Counted from the stretch's first letter, positions 9,271 through 19,240 are shown. The stretch: 63,513 nt of DNA from Thermoanaerobaculia bacterium (GCA_038245905.1 JBBRRY010000023.1:1-63513), one strand, 5' to 3'. A program made the numbers and translations. The notes: generated from the letters alone by a model not told the origin.

Positions 9271-10249
9271 CAATGGCGGGGCCCCCGTCGAGAGGCTCAG
9301 GCTCGCCAACCACTTTCAACGTCGTGACGGGAGCTGCTCCTTCGGCCGGTTTCGCCCGTGGTCCGCGGCCGGCCCTCTCGGTATAGCTCCGTGTGAGCTC
9401 CGCCCCGAAGAAGAAGATCTGCAAAGAATAATAGACCCAGAGCAGGAGAAGAACGAGCGAGCCCGCCGCGCCATAGCCTGTCGTGATGCGAGCGGTGCCG
9501 AGGTACGCGCCGATCGCGAACTTGCCTCCGGTGAAGAGAAGAGAGGTCGCGATCGCGCCCAGCCAGACGTCCCGCCAGGAGAGGACGACGTCCGGCAGGA
9601 TCTTGAAAATGAGCGCGAAGAGGATCGCGAGAACGGCGAAGGAGACGATGATGTCCAGGCCCTGAAGCAGCTCGTCGAGTCCCTTGAGCCGCCTGCCGAC
9701 CGAGGCGCCGAGCGCCGCGAGGCCCGCGCTCACGACCAGCGAGATGATGAGAAGGAAGCCGGTGCCGACGACGAGGTTCAAGGCAAGGAGCCGGCCTTTC
9801 AGGAGTCCTTTCACGACGCTTTTCTCTGCGGGTTGGACCTTCCAAATCAGATTGAGGGCGTCGCGTAGCTCGGCGAAGACACCGGTCGCGCCGAACAGGA
9901 CGAAGACGAGACCCACGGACGTGGCCACGAGTCCGTGGCCCGGCGCCGCGGATGCCCGACTCATCTGTTCGAACATGTCGCCGCCGCTTTTTCCGAGGAG
10001 CTGGGAGATTTGCCGCACGAGGCCGGCTTGCGCCGCGTCCCGGCCGAAGAGAAGAGCCGCGATGGAGATGATGACGATGAGGAGAGGCGGAAACGACAGA
10101 AGCGAGTAGAACGAGAGGGCGGCGCCGAGACGAAGTGCGTTGTCGTCCACCCACCCGCGGCCCGCGTCCGCAAAGAGGCGACCCCATTCCCGCAGCGAGA
10201 ACGGCCACGCGCGCGCGTGCTCAGGGCTGTTCTTCACGGCTTCCATCAT
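9239..10249 (-). CDS. YihY/virulence factor BrkB family membrane protein
   Basis: DNALRLGAALSFYSLLS, ALNLIW, YGAAGSLVLLLLWVYYS..FFGAE; multiple TM helices; start at ATG 10249 or 10246. Confidence 0.92.
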   Translation of the reverse strand: MMEAVKNSPEHARAWPFSLREWGRLFADAGRGWVDDNALRLGAALSFYSLLSFPPLLIVIISIAALLFGRDAAQAGLVRQISQLLGKSGGDMFEQMSRASAAPGHGLVATSVGLVFVLFGATGVFAELRDALNLIWKVQPAEKSVVKGLLKGRLLALNLVVGTGFLLIISLVVSAGLAALGASVGRRLKGLDELLQGLDIIVSFAVLAILFALIFKILPDVVLSWRDVWLGAIATSLLFTGGKFAIGAYLGTARITTGYGAAGSLVLLLLWVYYSLQIFFFGAELTRSYTERAGRGPRAKPAEGAAPVTTLKVVGEPEPLDGGPAIVRAPDPPADR

Positions 10250-10424
10250 GCAGGAGCCGGCCTCGGAAGTGGAGAGACCCACCTCGGGCCGCGAGGCCGC
10301 TGGTCGCACCTTCGAGGGCATGTGTGAGACTCTAGAGGCCGTTGACGGGCGGAATCCGGGGGGCCCTACCTTCTTACCGGCGTCGGCGCCCCCAAGCCGC
10401 TCTGAACTCCACAGGAGGTCCCTC

Positions 10425-10628
10425 ATGTCCGTCGCGAAAGTGTCCGAGATCATCGCGTCCTCGCCCAAGAGCTTCGAGGACGCCATTTCCACCGGCATCC
10501 TCCGCGCCCACAAGACGCTCAAAAACGTCCGCGGCGCCTGGATTGCCGAGCAGAAGGTCAGAGTCGAAAAGGGAAAAATCACGGAATATCGAGTCACGAT
10601 GCGCGTGACGTTCGTGCTGAAGGACTGA
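10425..10628 (+). CDS. dodecin family flavin-binding protein
   Basis: MSVAKVSEIIASSPKSFEDAI...TLKNVRGAWI.EQKV...ITEYRVTMRVTFVL; AGGAGG RBS upstream. Confidence 0.93.
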   Translation: MSVAKVSEIIASSPKSFEDAISTGILRAHKTLKNVRGAWIAEQKVRVEKGKITEYRVTMRVTFVLKD

Positions 10629-10634
10629 GCCGAC

Positions 10635-10891
10635 TCAGGTCGGGAAAGGCATCCGCACTCGGATTCGGCCCGGCTCCACGGTGATGATTGAGCCCCGAGT
10701 GAGATCCTCCGAATGGAGGGCAAGAACGCGCGAGCAGGTAGGCCCCTGCAGCCTCGCCGAGAAGTCGACGAGTCGAACGATGCCGGAATGAGGTTCGCCC
10801 TTAACCACGGCGAGTTCACCGAAGTCCTTGTCCAGAGTCACGAGCACCCGTTGCTCCGCGTGTGCCCGGCGCAGCAGAGCAGGAGCTTCAA
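10635..10891 (-). pseudogene. DUF5615/PIN-like (VapC45-type) toxin pseudogene with internal deletion and frameshift
   Basis: TTG-start MKLLL overlaps the antitoxin stop, then the frame jumps at ~10877 to LLRRAHAEQRVLVTLDKDFGELAV..HSGIVRL...TVEPGRIRVR. The usual N-terminal catalytic segment is missing. Confidence 0.75.
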
Positions 10892-11027
10892 GCCCCGGCG
10901 CTCGCCGGGAAGAGATTGACCCGCTCGTGTGCCACGAGACGGTGTGCGTACGCGAGGCATGCCTGGATGTCTTCGCGTACGAGCCAGGTGTATCCCGCGT
11001 TCCAGCCTTCAATTTCGGGCGTTTCAT
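10888..11027 (-). pseudogene. DUF433 family antitoxin remnant
   Basis: One frame reads AGYTWLVREDIQACLAYAHRLVAHERV...* (DUF433 C-terminus). GGGAGGA RBS plus ATG at 11027 lies in another frame, and the central part is missing. Confidence 0.75.
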
Positions 11028-11084
11028 TAGCGTCCTCCCTGCATTCCGTATCACTGTACGTCGCGCCGAGGAGGAGATCTAAAG

Positions 11085-11109
11085 TGGTGGAGCTGAACGG
11101 GATCGAACC
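11085..11109 (-). repeat. 25-bp direct repeat of the tRNA-Ala 3' end (att-like, includes CCA)
   Basis: TGGTGGAGCTGAACGGGATCGAACC is identical to 11284-11308. Confidence 0.95.
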
Positions 11110-11203
11110 CGCCCGCCTCGCGCCCTCCGGGCGCGCCGCACGCGCTTCGCGCTGAGGCGGGCTTGTCGGACTTGTGTGCGGGGAAGTGGTCCCCGCACCC
11201 CTC

Positions 11204-11231
11204 AGGTCGACGGTTCTGATCCCGTTCAGCT
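11204..11231 (+). repeat. inverted copy of the tRNA-Ala 3' half (27 matching nt plus 1-nt insertion)
   Basis: AGGTCGACGGTTC(T)GATCCCGTTCAGCT on the + strand matches the tRNA sense sequence AGGTCGACGGTTCGATCCCGTTCAGCT, which lies on the - strand. Confidence 0.9.
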
Positions 11232-11283
11232 ACGGTGTACTCGACGGCGGAGCGTTGGAGAAACCGGTGAGGTGGGATGAAAT

Positions 11284-11359
<76 letters not shown>

Positions 11360-11382
11360 ACGCCGGTCGAGGAGAGGGCCGA

Positions 11383-11412
11383 AAGGTAGCATCGGGCCGC
11401 CCTCGAGGTCAA
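11383..11412 (-). promoter_or_regulatory. sigma70-type promoter of tRNA-Ala
   Basis: TTGACC-18 nt-TACCTT with an extended TG, on the minus strand upstream of the tRNA. Confidence 0.6.
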
Positions 11413-11455
11413 ACGGCGCGGTCGAGGTTATAGGATTGGCGCGTCAGGAGACCAC

Positions 11456-12343
11456 ATGCGCTGGAACAAGGACGAGGAAGTCAGTCCCGACATCGAGGAT
11501 CGCCGTGGCGAGAGCGGAGGGGGCGGTGGGTTCGGGGGCGGCGGCATGCGCCTCGGTCTCGGCGGAATCATCGTGCTCGGAATCCTGAGCCTCATCTTCA
11601 AGAAGAACTTCTTCGCGCTGCTCGATTCGAACCCGTCCCAGGACGCGGGACGTCCTCCGGCCGCGGACGTCACGCGCGCGGGTCCCCCCGCGGCGCAGTC
11701 CGCCGAGGAGCAGGAACGCCTGAAGTTCGTCTCCTTCGTCGTCAAGGACGTCCAGAAGACATGGGACGCGGAATTCCCGAAGCTCGGCGGAACGTACCAG
11801 CACGCGAAGCTCGACCTCTTCCGCGACACGATCCGGTCGGGCTGCGGGTTCGCCGAGTCCGCTAGCGGTCCTTTCTACTGCCCCGCCGACAGGAAGGTCT
11901 ACCTCGACCTCGGCTTCTTCGACCAGCTGCGCTCGCGATTCGGCGCCCCGGGCGAGTTCGCCGAGGCGTACGTGATCGCCCACGAGTTCGGGCACCACGT
12001 CCAGACGCTGCTCGGGATCGACGAGAAGATGAGGAGAGCCCAGGCCGAGCACCCCTCCCAGAAAAACGAGCTGTCCGTGCGGCTGGAGCTGCAGGCCGAT
12101 TGCCTCGCGGGCGTCTGGGGGCACGCGACACAGGAGCGCAATATCCTCGAGAAAGGCGACGTCGAGTCGGGCCTCGCGGCGGCGGCCGCGGTAGGCGACG
12201 ATCGGCTGCAGAAGGCTGCCACGGGGCGCGTTTCGCCCGAAACGTGGACGCACGGCTCCTCGAAGGAGCGGCAGGAATGGTTCACGCGGGGCCTCCAGAC
12301 GGGCCAGGTCGGGGCCTGCGATACGTTCGCCCGGGCGCGCTGA
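11456..12343 (+). CDS. neutral zinc metallopeptidase (YpfJ/KPN_02809 family)
   Basis: IEDRRG, SGCG, GPFYCPAD..VYLD, YVIAHEFGHHVQ, ELQADCLAG, THGSS..R..WF. Confidence 0.95.
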   Translation: MRWNKDEEVSPDIEDRRGESGGGGGFGGGGMRLGLGGIIVLGILSLIFKKNFFALLDSNPSQDAGRPPAADVTRAGPPAAQSAEEQERLKFVSFVVKDVQKTWDAEFPKLGGTYQHAKLDLFRDTIRSGCGFAESASGPFYCPADRKVYLDLGFFDQLRSRFGAPGEFAEAYVIAHEFGHHVQTLLGIDEKMRRAQAEHPSQKNELSVRLELQADCLAGVWGHATQERNILEKGDVESGLAAAAAVGDDRLQKAATGRVSPETWTHGSSKERQEWFTRGLQTGQVGACDTFARAR

Positions 12344-12426
12344 AGCCGTCTTGGGAGGGCCGTCTCCCGAGGGGAGCGCGTAAACCCGGCAGGGCTTTTG
12401 CACGTCGTTTCCCTGGAGGTGCTCCT

Positions 12427-12948
12427 TTGAAACGGATTCCCCTGCTTCTGACCGCAACCCTCGCCACGTTCCTCGTCGGGTGCTCCAGCATCGAGACGAA
12501 GGTCGACTACGACCGCGCCGCGAGCTTCGCCTCGTACAAGACGTTCGCATTCAAAGACGTGCGCACGCCGGACAGCCCCATCTCGATGCGGCGGGTCCAG
12601 AACGCCATCGAGAAGACACTCGCATCCCGCGGGTTCGCGAAGGCCGACGGCACGCCTGACCTCTGGGTCGTCCTCCACACGCGCACGCGCCGCCAGACGC
12701 AGGTCACGACATACAATTCCGGCTGGGGCTGGGGCTGGCGCTGGCGCGGGCCTTACTGGAACACGGCGCACGTCGAGCAGATCCCGATCGGCACGCTCAT
12801 GGTCGACCTGATCGACACGAGGGCCAAGGAGCTCGTCTGGCGCGGCAGCGCGTCGCGCGTCGTGGACGCGGACGAGACGGCGAAAGACCGCGACGAGAAG
12901 GTTCAGGAAGCCGTGAACAAGCTGTTCGACGGCTTCCCTCCGAAGTAG
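12427..12948 (+). CDS. DUF4136 family lipoprotein
   Basis: GGAGGT RBS plus TTG; lipobox LVGC; VDYDRAASFASYKTF, GTLMVDLID...LVWRGSA, FPPK end. Confidence 0.88.
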   Translation: MKRIPLLLTATLATFLVGCSSIETKVDYDRAASFASYKTFAFKDVRTPDSPISMRRVQNAIEKTLASRGFAKADGTPDLWVVLHTRTRRQTQVTTYNSGWGWGWRWRGPYWNTAHVEQIPIGTLMVDLIDTRAKELVWRGSASRVVDADETAKDRDEKVQEAVNKLFDGFPPK

Positions 12949-12957
12949 AAGCAGGCG

Positions 12958-14838
12958 TCAGAACGCGGTGGCGAGACCCGCGAGGAAGCGGCGGCCCGGA
13001 GCCGGGAATCCGCTCGCTTCCTCGTAGGCCTTGCCGAAGAGGTTCGTGACGCGCACGAACGGCGCCAGCGAAAGGGTGAGCGGAGGGAGCGTGACGGCGC
13101 CGTCCACCCTCACATAAGAAGGGTCCTCCACGACCTTCGAAAAGTCCTGGACGTCGCGGTCCGCGCGGCGGCCCACCCAGATGCCGGTCAGGCTGAACGC
13201 TCCGCCCGAGACGAACGTCGTCGCGTACGTGGCGGAGGCGCGGTGCCGCGGGCGGCGCACGAGGGGCGTGTTCGAGTCGAGGTCCTTCGCATCGAGGTAC
13301 GTGTAGGACGCCCGCAGGATCGACCGCGCGCCGACGGCCGTGCGGAGAGCCACCTCGACGCCCCGCGTGCGCGCGCTCCCGATGTTCTGATTCATGTATG
13401 TGGCGGTCGCGTCGTATTCGATGAGGTCCCGGATATCGTTCCAGAATCCGGATGCCTCGAGGACGATGTCTTTCGCGAGCGTCTTTTCGACGCCCACCTC
13501 GTAGCCGTTGGATTTCTCGGGGCGGAGCGCCGCGTTGCCCGAGTACGGGTAGTAGAGCTCGCCTGTCGACGGCGCGCGAAAGGCCGTCCCAACAGCCGCG
13601 CGCAGCTTGAGGCCCGGGGTGACACGCCAGGCAACCGTCAAACGGGGGCTCACGGCGCTTCCGAACGCACTGTGATCGTCCCAGCGGACGCCGGCCGTCA
13701 CGACGAGCTTTTCGCCGAAAAATGCGATGCGATCCTCGCCGAAGAGCGCGAACGTCCGCGTCGAGGCGTCGTCGAGCGCCACCCCGAAATTGCTCTCGTT
13801 CGAGACGAGCGTCCGCTCCCAATCGGCGCCCGCGGCGAGGCGGTGCGCGCCCACCACCGCCGTGAATGCGACGCGCGCTCCAGCCCGGCGCGCGTCCGTC
13901 GAGGACGAGGTGAAGAACGGGTCTTCGGGATCGGCGTACCCGGGCCGGTCGCGCGCGTAACGCACCGAGGCGGAGAGAGAGATATTCTTTGAAAGCGAAA
14001 GAGAAAGAGGGACCTCGACGGCGGTCGTATCACTCGAAGTGGAGCGCTGGAGCGTGGGCGTGGCGCCGTCCGTGGGAATGCCGGTCCGTCCCGTCTCGCG
14101 GCGGGCGGTGACGCCGGCCGAAGCCCCCTCACCCACCTGCGCCGACAGCGCCCCAGAGAGGGCCGTTCCAGAGAAAAATTCGTTCGGCCGGTCGCCCCAG
14201 GAAAGAGTCCTTCGAAAGCCTAGTGTCCCCGACAGCACACCTTCCAGGAATCCTATCTCTCCGAGTCCCTCTTTCCCTCCCGCATTTCCGAGAGCAAAGC
14301 TCGCGTGTCCGCTCACCCCCGCGGCGGCCGCCCGGCGCGTGAAGACGCGCACGACGCCGCCGATCGCCTCCGAGCCGTAGAGCGCCGAGAACGGCCCCCG
14401 CACGACCTCGATGCGCTCCACGTTCGCGGTGGAGAGCGCGGAGATGTCGGTGCCGCCGAAGAACGGGCTGTTGAGGGGCACGCCGTCCACGAGGACGAGC
14501 GTCTGCGTCGAGGACGTCCCGCGCAGGAAGAGCGACGTGACCGTGCCGGGACCGCCCGACTGCACGACGTCGAGACCGGGGACCGTGCGCAGGAGATCGA
14601 CGACCGTCGTCGCCTGGGACGCCGCGATCTCCCTGGCGTCGATCACCGTCGCGGCCGCGCCCAGCGAAACGGCGGGCTCGGGCTCGGCTGCTGCCGAGAC
14701 GACCACGTCCGCGGCGAGCTTCGAGGCGCCCTGCGGCGGCGACGGTTGCGCGAGAAGGCGGGGCGCGGGGTAGGCGAGAAGGAAGAGAAGAAAGAACAGG
14801 GCACACGACGACCGGGCGAAGATCTCACGAGAAACCAT
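12958..14838 (-). CDS. btuB: TonB-dependent cobalamin receptor
   Basis: Plug domain (LRTVPGL...LRG..STQTLVLVDG, IERIEVVRGP.SALYGSEAIGGV), barrel motifs (FRAPS, LRPEKS) and terminal Phe; cobalamin riboswitch upstream; GGAGGT RBS. Confidence 0.9.
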   Translation of the reverse strand: MVSREIFARSSCALFFLLFLLAYPAPRLLAQPSPPQGASKLAADVVVSAAAEPEPAVSLGAAATVIDAREIAASQATTVVDLLRTVPGLDVVQSGGPGTVTSLFLRGTSSTQTLVLVDGVPLNSPFFGGTDISALSTANVERIEVVRGPFSALYGSEAIGGVVRVFTRRAAAAGVSGHASFALGNAGGKEGLGEIGFLEGVLSGTLGFRRTLSWGDRPNEFFSGTALSGALSAQVGEGASAGVTARRETGRTGIPTDGATPTLQRSTSSDTTAVEVPLSLSLSKNISLSASVRYARDRPGYADPEDPFFTSSSTDARRAGARVAFTAVVGAHRLAAGADWERTLVSNESNFGVALDDASTRTFALFGEDRIAFFGEKLVVTAGVRWDDHSAFGSAVSPRLTVAWRVTPGLKLRAAVGTAFRAPSTGELYYPYSGNAALRPEKSNGYEVGVEKTLAKDIVLEASGFWNDIRDLIEYDATATYMNQNIGSARTRGVEVALRTAVGARSILRASYTYLDAKDLDSNTPLVRRPRHRASATYATTFVSGGAFSLTGIWVGRRADRDVQDFSKVVEDPSYVRVDGAVTLPPLTLSLAPFVRVTNLFGKAYEEASGFPAPGRRFLAGLATAF

Positions 14839-14961
14839 GGAACACCTCCGTTCCGTTGGCTTCGCCCTCCCATCGAAAAGGAGCGGCGGGCCTGCGCGAA
14901 TGCGGAGGCAGCCGCGACCTCCCGAGCCCCGGAGAAGGCGACGCTGATGCGATGTTCCTCG

Positions 14962-15145
14962 AGCAGGTCTCCTGGCTTCCGGATCGTCCGCGCACGGCCC
15001 CTTCCCGGAAGCGCAACCGGCCCGAAGCCGATCTCTCGCCGCCAGTGGATCTCGCCGTGCGCGTCCCCGGTCACAGTGGCGGGGGCCGCGCGGGAATCTC
15101 ACCCGCTTCCCTCTTACACCCCCCGGAGGTCGAGGGGACTCGAGG
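14962..15145 (-). promoter_or_regulatory. cobalamin (AdoCbl) riboswitch
   Basis: Minus strand reads AAGAGGGAAGCGGGTGAGATTCCCGCGCGGCCCCCGCCACTGTGA ... CCACTG ... GGGAAGG ... AGCCAGGAGACCTGC (B12 box), directly upstream of a BtuB-like gene. Confidence 0.93.
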
Positions 15146-15172
15146 ACGATTTGAAAGAACGCGAGGGAAAGT

Positions 15173-16669
15173 CTACTTCTTCTGCTTGCTTTTCGGGTTG
15201 TTGAGCGCCTGAAGGAGCGATGAGCCGAAGATGGAGACGGAAGGGGTCGCCTCCTTCTCGCGCTTCGCGGAGTCCTCGCGGTAGTTCTTCAGATCGCCGC
15301 GGTCGCCCTCGTTGCTCGAGGCCGACTTCGCGTTGGGCGAGGAGAGCGAGATGCGCCGCTTCGCCGGATCCACGCCGATGACCTTCACCTCGATCTTCTG
15401 GCCGGGGGCGAAGTGACGCTGGACCGTGCCTTGCGCGACGCCCGTCTCGGAATTCGGGATGAGGCCCGTGAGGCCGGGCTCGAGGCGCACGAAGACGCCG
15501 AACTGGGCGACGGTTTCGACATCGCCCTTCACGAGGGAGCCTTCGGGGTATCGCTCGTTGATTCCCTCCCAGGGATTCGACGTGGAGACTTCCCGCAACG
15601 AGAGCGAAAGGCGCCGCTGCTTCGGATCGACTTCCTTCACCCATCCCTGCACGGACTGACCCACGGCGACGGCCGGATCCTTGATGGCAACCCCCGGCGG
15701 AAGAGCGGACACGTGCACGAGGCCGTCCACACCCGGCTCGACCTCGACGAAGAGGCCGAAATCCGCGTGCCGCGCGACCGTTCCCGTGAACGAGGCCCCC
15801 GCCGCAAAGCGCTCCGCGAGCGTCTGCCAGGGATCGGCTTCGAGCTCCTTCATCGAGAGAGAGATGCGCTTGCCTTCACTGGCGAGCTTCGTGACCTTGA
15901 CCGTGATCTCTTGGCCGACGGTGAGGACGTCTTTCGGGTGCGCGACGCGGCGCCGCGAAATCTCCGTGACGTGGACGAGCCCGTCCACGCCGCCAAGGTC
16001 CACGAATGCGCCGAAGTCGGTGAGGGAGCGGACGCGGCCCGGCATCACGGCGCCGACCGTGATCTTTTCGCGCGTCACCGCGGCTTTCTCGTCCTGCTCG
16101 ACCTTGAGAAGCGCCACGCGCGAAACCACCACGCGCCGTCCGTCCTCCGTGTACTCGAGGACGCGGAAATCGAAGGTCTGCCCCACGTACGCGGCGAGCG
16201 CGGCCTCCTCGTGGCGGCCAAGGTCGATCTGGGAGACCGGACAGAAGGCGCGGAGGCCGTGAGCGCCTCCGATGACCACCTCGAAGCCGCCCTTGTTCCG
16301 CGCCATGACTTTTCCGGCGACGGGAATCTTCGCCTCGGAAGCGGCCCGGAGCTCGGCCTTCGTCCGGTGCCCCACCGCGAGCTTGCGCGAGAGGCGCACG
16401 TCCGGTCCGGCCTTCACGACGACGGCTTCGATCCGGTCGCCGACCTTCTCGCCCTCGAGCTCTTTCAAATCCATGAGCGCTTCGGACTTTCCGCCGATCG
16501 AGACGAGGACGACGTCGGGCGTGATGCCGGCGATGATGCCGTTCACGACCTGTCCCTCCACGAGCTTCTTTTTCGGAGAAGCCGCGTCGGCGGCGAGGGC
16601 GGCCTCGAACGTCTTGCGGTCGGTGGTCTCGGCGGTTTCGGCGGACGAAGAGATGAGCGTCTGGGACAC
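15173..16669 (-). CDS. ribosomal protein S1-like multi-S1-domain RNA-binding protein
   Basis: About five S1 repeats (NKGGFEV..AFCPVSQID; DFGAFVDLGGVDGLVHVTEIS; FGLFVEVEPGVDGLVHVS; FGVFVRLEPGLTGLIP). Confidence 0.9.
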   Translation of the reverse strand: MSQTLISSSAETAETTDRKTFEAALAADAASPKKKLVEGQVVNGIIAGITPDVVLVSIGGKSEALMDLKELEGEKVGDRIEAVVVKAGPDVRLSRKLAVGHRTKAELRAASEAKIPVAGKVMARNKGGFEVVIGGAHGLRAFCPVSQIDLGRHEEAALAAYVGQTFDFRVLEYTEDGRRVVVSRVALLKVEQDEKAAVTREKITVGAVMPGRVRSLTDFGAFVDLGGVDGLVHVTEISRRRVAHPKDVLTVGQEITVKVTKLASEGKRISLSMKELEADPWQTLAERFAAGASFTGTVARHADFGLFVEVEPGVDGLVHVSALPPGVAIKDPAVAVGQSVQGWVKEVDPKQRRLSLSLREVSTSNPWEGINERYPEGSLVKGDVETVAQFGVFVRLEPGLTGLIPNSETGVAQGTVQRHFAPGQKIEVKVIGVDPAKRRISLSSPNAKSASSNEGDRGDLKNYREDSAKREKEATPSVSIFGSSLLQALNNPKSKQKK

Positions 16670-16794
16670 GAGAAGTTCTCCTGGCCCGCGGGGGCTGCGG
16701 GATCGCGGATTCTACCCGAAGCGGTAATATGAGACTCCTTCTCCGGACAGTGGCCCCCGACAGCCCCGGAGAATCCCCCCACTGGAGGAGTGGA

Positions 16795-18900
16795 ATGGCC
16801 GAACCGGGTGTCCTGACAGCCACGGGCGCTTCGCCATCCGAAGTCGCCTCGACCATCGCAGGGCTCGCCCCGAACCGGGACGAGCTCCGGCGGTGGTATG
16901 CCCTGATGCACCTCGGGCGGCTGCTCGACGACAAGGCTCCGAACTACCTCAAGCAAGGCCTCGGCTGGTCGTATCACGCGCCGTGCGCGGGGCACGACGG
17001 CATCCAGGTCGCCCTCGGCGTCACGTTCCGCCCCCGGCACGACTATCTCTTCCCGTACTACCGTGACCTCACGACGTGCCTCGCCGGCGGACTGTCGGCC
17101 GAGGAGATCCTGCTGAACGGCATGTCGAAGAGAGACGACGTTGCCTCCGGCGGGCGGCACATGTCGAACCACTTCGCGAAGCCGGAAATCCACATTCAAA
17201 ACGTCTCGTCGTGCGTTTCGAACCATGCCCAGCACGCCGCGGGCCTCGGCCGCGCCGTGAAAACCTACGGCTCGGATGCGATCGTCTTCTGCTCCGTGGG
17301 AGAGTCGTCGACATCCGAGGGTTACTTCTACGAGGCCGTCAACGGCGCGTCGAGGGAGAAGCTGCCCGTCGTCTTCGTCGTGCAGGACAACGGCTACGGC
17401 ATCGCCGTTCCGAAGAGCGACCAGACCGCGAACCTTTTCGCCTCGGACAATTTCGCGGGCTTTTTGAACGTGAAGATCATTCACTGCGACGGCAAGGACC
17501 TCTTCGACTCGCTTCGCGCGATGCGCGAGGCCGTGGCGTTCGTGAGATCGGGCGCGGGCTGCGCGATGGTGCACGCCGAGTGCGTGCGCATCCACTCGCA
17601 CTCGAACTCCGACCGGCACGAGCTCTACCGCTCGCCCGAGGAGCTCGCAGAGGCGAAGGCCCTCGACCCTCTCGCGCGCCTCCGCCGCTCGCTCGTCGAG
17701 GGCGGCGCCTTCTCGGAAGCCGAGATCGCCGCGATCGAGGCCGCGAACCAGAAGACCTACGAGGAATCCGCCGATCGCGCGCGCCGCGCGCCCGACCCCG
17801 ACCCGGCTTCGATCTTCGAGTACGTGACGCCCGAGCCCTGGCTCCCCGCGGGCGACGGGCTCGCGGAGACGTATGTCACACCCGAGACCGTCGACGGCAA
17901 GCCGGCGGCCGAGATGTCGCTCATCCAGTCGCTGAACGCGACGCTCAAGGAGATGTTCCGCGAAAACCCGGACACCTACATCTGGGGGCAGGACGTCGCC
18001 TACAAGGAGAAGGGCGGCATCTTCAACGTCACGAAGGGCATGCAGCAGGAGTTCGGGCCGAAGCGCGTCTTCAACGGGCCCATCGCCGAGGACTTCATCC
18101 TCGGCACGGCCGACGGCTTCTCGCGCTTTTCCGAGAAGATCCGCATCGTCGTCGAGGGTGCGGAGTTCGCAGACTACTTCTGGCCCGCGGCCGAGCAGAT
18201 GGTCGAGATGTCGCACGAGTTCTGGCGCACGAACGGGCAGTTCGTCCCGAACGTCACCGTGCGCCTTGCCTCGGGCGGCTACATCGGGGGCGGCCTCTAC
18301 CACTCGCAGAACATCGAGGGCTGGCTCACGACGCTCCCCGGGATCCGCGTCGTCGTCCCCGCGTTCGCGGACGACGCGGCCGGTCTTCTCCGGACGGCGA
18401 TGCGCTCGCGCGGCATCACGATGTACCTCGAACCGAAGTTCCTCTACAACTCCGTCCAAGCCAAGGCGCGCGTGCCCATGGACTTCGCCGTACCCTTCGG
18501 CAAGGCCCGCCGCCGCCGGGAGGGCCGCGATCTGACGATCCTCGCGTACGGCACGCCGGTGCACTTCGCCCTCGCCGCGGCCGAGACGCTCGCGAACGAG
18601 GGAAAGAGCGTCGAGGTGCTCGACCTCCGCTCTCTTGTGCCGCTCGACTGGGACGCGATCGCGGCCTCGGTCAAAAAGACGTCGCGCGTCCTCGTCATCC
18701 ACGAAGACAAGGTCCACGGCGGCTTCGGCGGCGAGCTGGCGGCACGAATCGCGTCGGACCTCTTCGAGCATCTCGACGCGCCGATCGACCGCGTCGGCTC
18801 GACGTTCACGCCCGTCGGCTTCAACCGCATTCTCGAGCGCGCGATCCTGCCGAACACCGAGAAGGTCCTCGCAGCGGCCCGGAAGACGCTCGGCTACTGA
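16795..18900 (+). CDS. 2-oxoacid (2-oxoisovalerate-type) dehydrogenase E1, fused alpha/beta
   Basis: PYYRD, TPP-binding GESSTSEG...DNGYGI, HSHSNSD, GQDVA..GGIF, HSQN.E, EVLDLRSLVPLD; GGAGGAG RBS. Confidence 0.93.
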   Translation: MAEPGVLTATGASPSEVASTIAGLAPNRDELRRWYALMHLGRLLDDKAPNYLKQGLGWSYHAPCAGHDGIQVALGVTFRPRHDYLFPYYRDLTTCLAGGLSAEEILLNGMSKRDDVASGGRHMSNHFAKPEIHIQNVSSCVSNHAQHAAGLGRAVKTYGSDAIVFCSVGESSTSEGYFYEAVNGASREKLPVVFVVQDNGYGIAVPKSDQTANLFASDNFAGFLNVKIIHCDGKDLFDSLRAMREAVAFVRSGAGCAMVHAECVRIHSHSNSDRHELYRSPEELAEAKALDPLARLRRSLVEGGAFSEAEIAAIEAANQKTYEESADRARRAPDPDPASIFEYVTPEPWLPAGDGLAETYVTPETVDGKPAAEMSLIQSLNATLKEMFRENPDTYIWGQDVAYKEKGGIFNVTKGMQQEFGPKRVFNGPIAEDFILGTADGFSRFSEKIRIVVEGAEFADYFWPAAEQMVEMSHEFWRTNGQFVPNVTVRLASGGYIGGGLYHSQNIEGWLTTLPGIRVVVPAFADDAAGLLRTAMRSRGITMYLEPKFLYNSVQAKARVPMDFAVPFGKARRRREGRDLTILAYGTPVHFALAAAETLANEGKSVEVLDLRSLVPLDWDAIAASVKKTSRVLVIHEDKVHGGFGGELAARIASDLFEHLDAPIDRVGSTFTPVGFNRILERAILPNTEKVLAAARKTLGY

Positions 18901-18952
18901 CCGCCGTCGAGACGGGTGACAATCGTGTACACTATCGGGTGACGGTGGTGTC

Positions 18953-19240
18953 GTGAAATTCGTGACGATACGTGATCTCCGGGGGCAGCCGACGAGGGTC
19001 TGGAAGGACCTCAAGGCGGAGAAGGAGCTTGTTCTCACGTCGAACGGCAAACCTCTGGCGATTCTGACGAGCGTGGACGAGAGCTCCTTCGAGGAGAGGC
19101 TTCTTTCTTTGCGCCGCGCGCGGCTGGGTGAGACCGTTCGTGAGATTCAGCGCGATGCGATGCGGCGCCGTCCGAAGGGCATGAGCCTGCGAGAGATCAA
19201 TGCCGTCATCGCGGACGTTCGAAGGAAGCGCCGCCGTTGA
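18953..19240 (+). CDS. Phd/YefM family antitoxin
   Basis: MKFVTIRDLR...LVLTSNGKPLAIL; overlaps the downstream PIN gene (TTGA). Confidence 0.88.
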   Translation: MKFVTIRDLRGQPTRVWKDLKAEKELVLTSNGKPLAILTSVDESSFEERLLSLRRARLGETVREIQRDAMRRRPKGMSLREINAVIADVRRKRRR

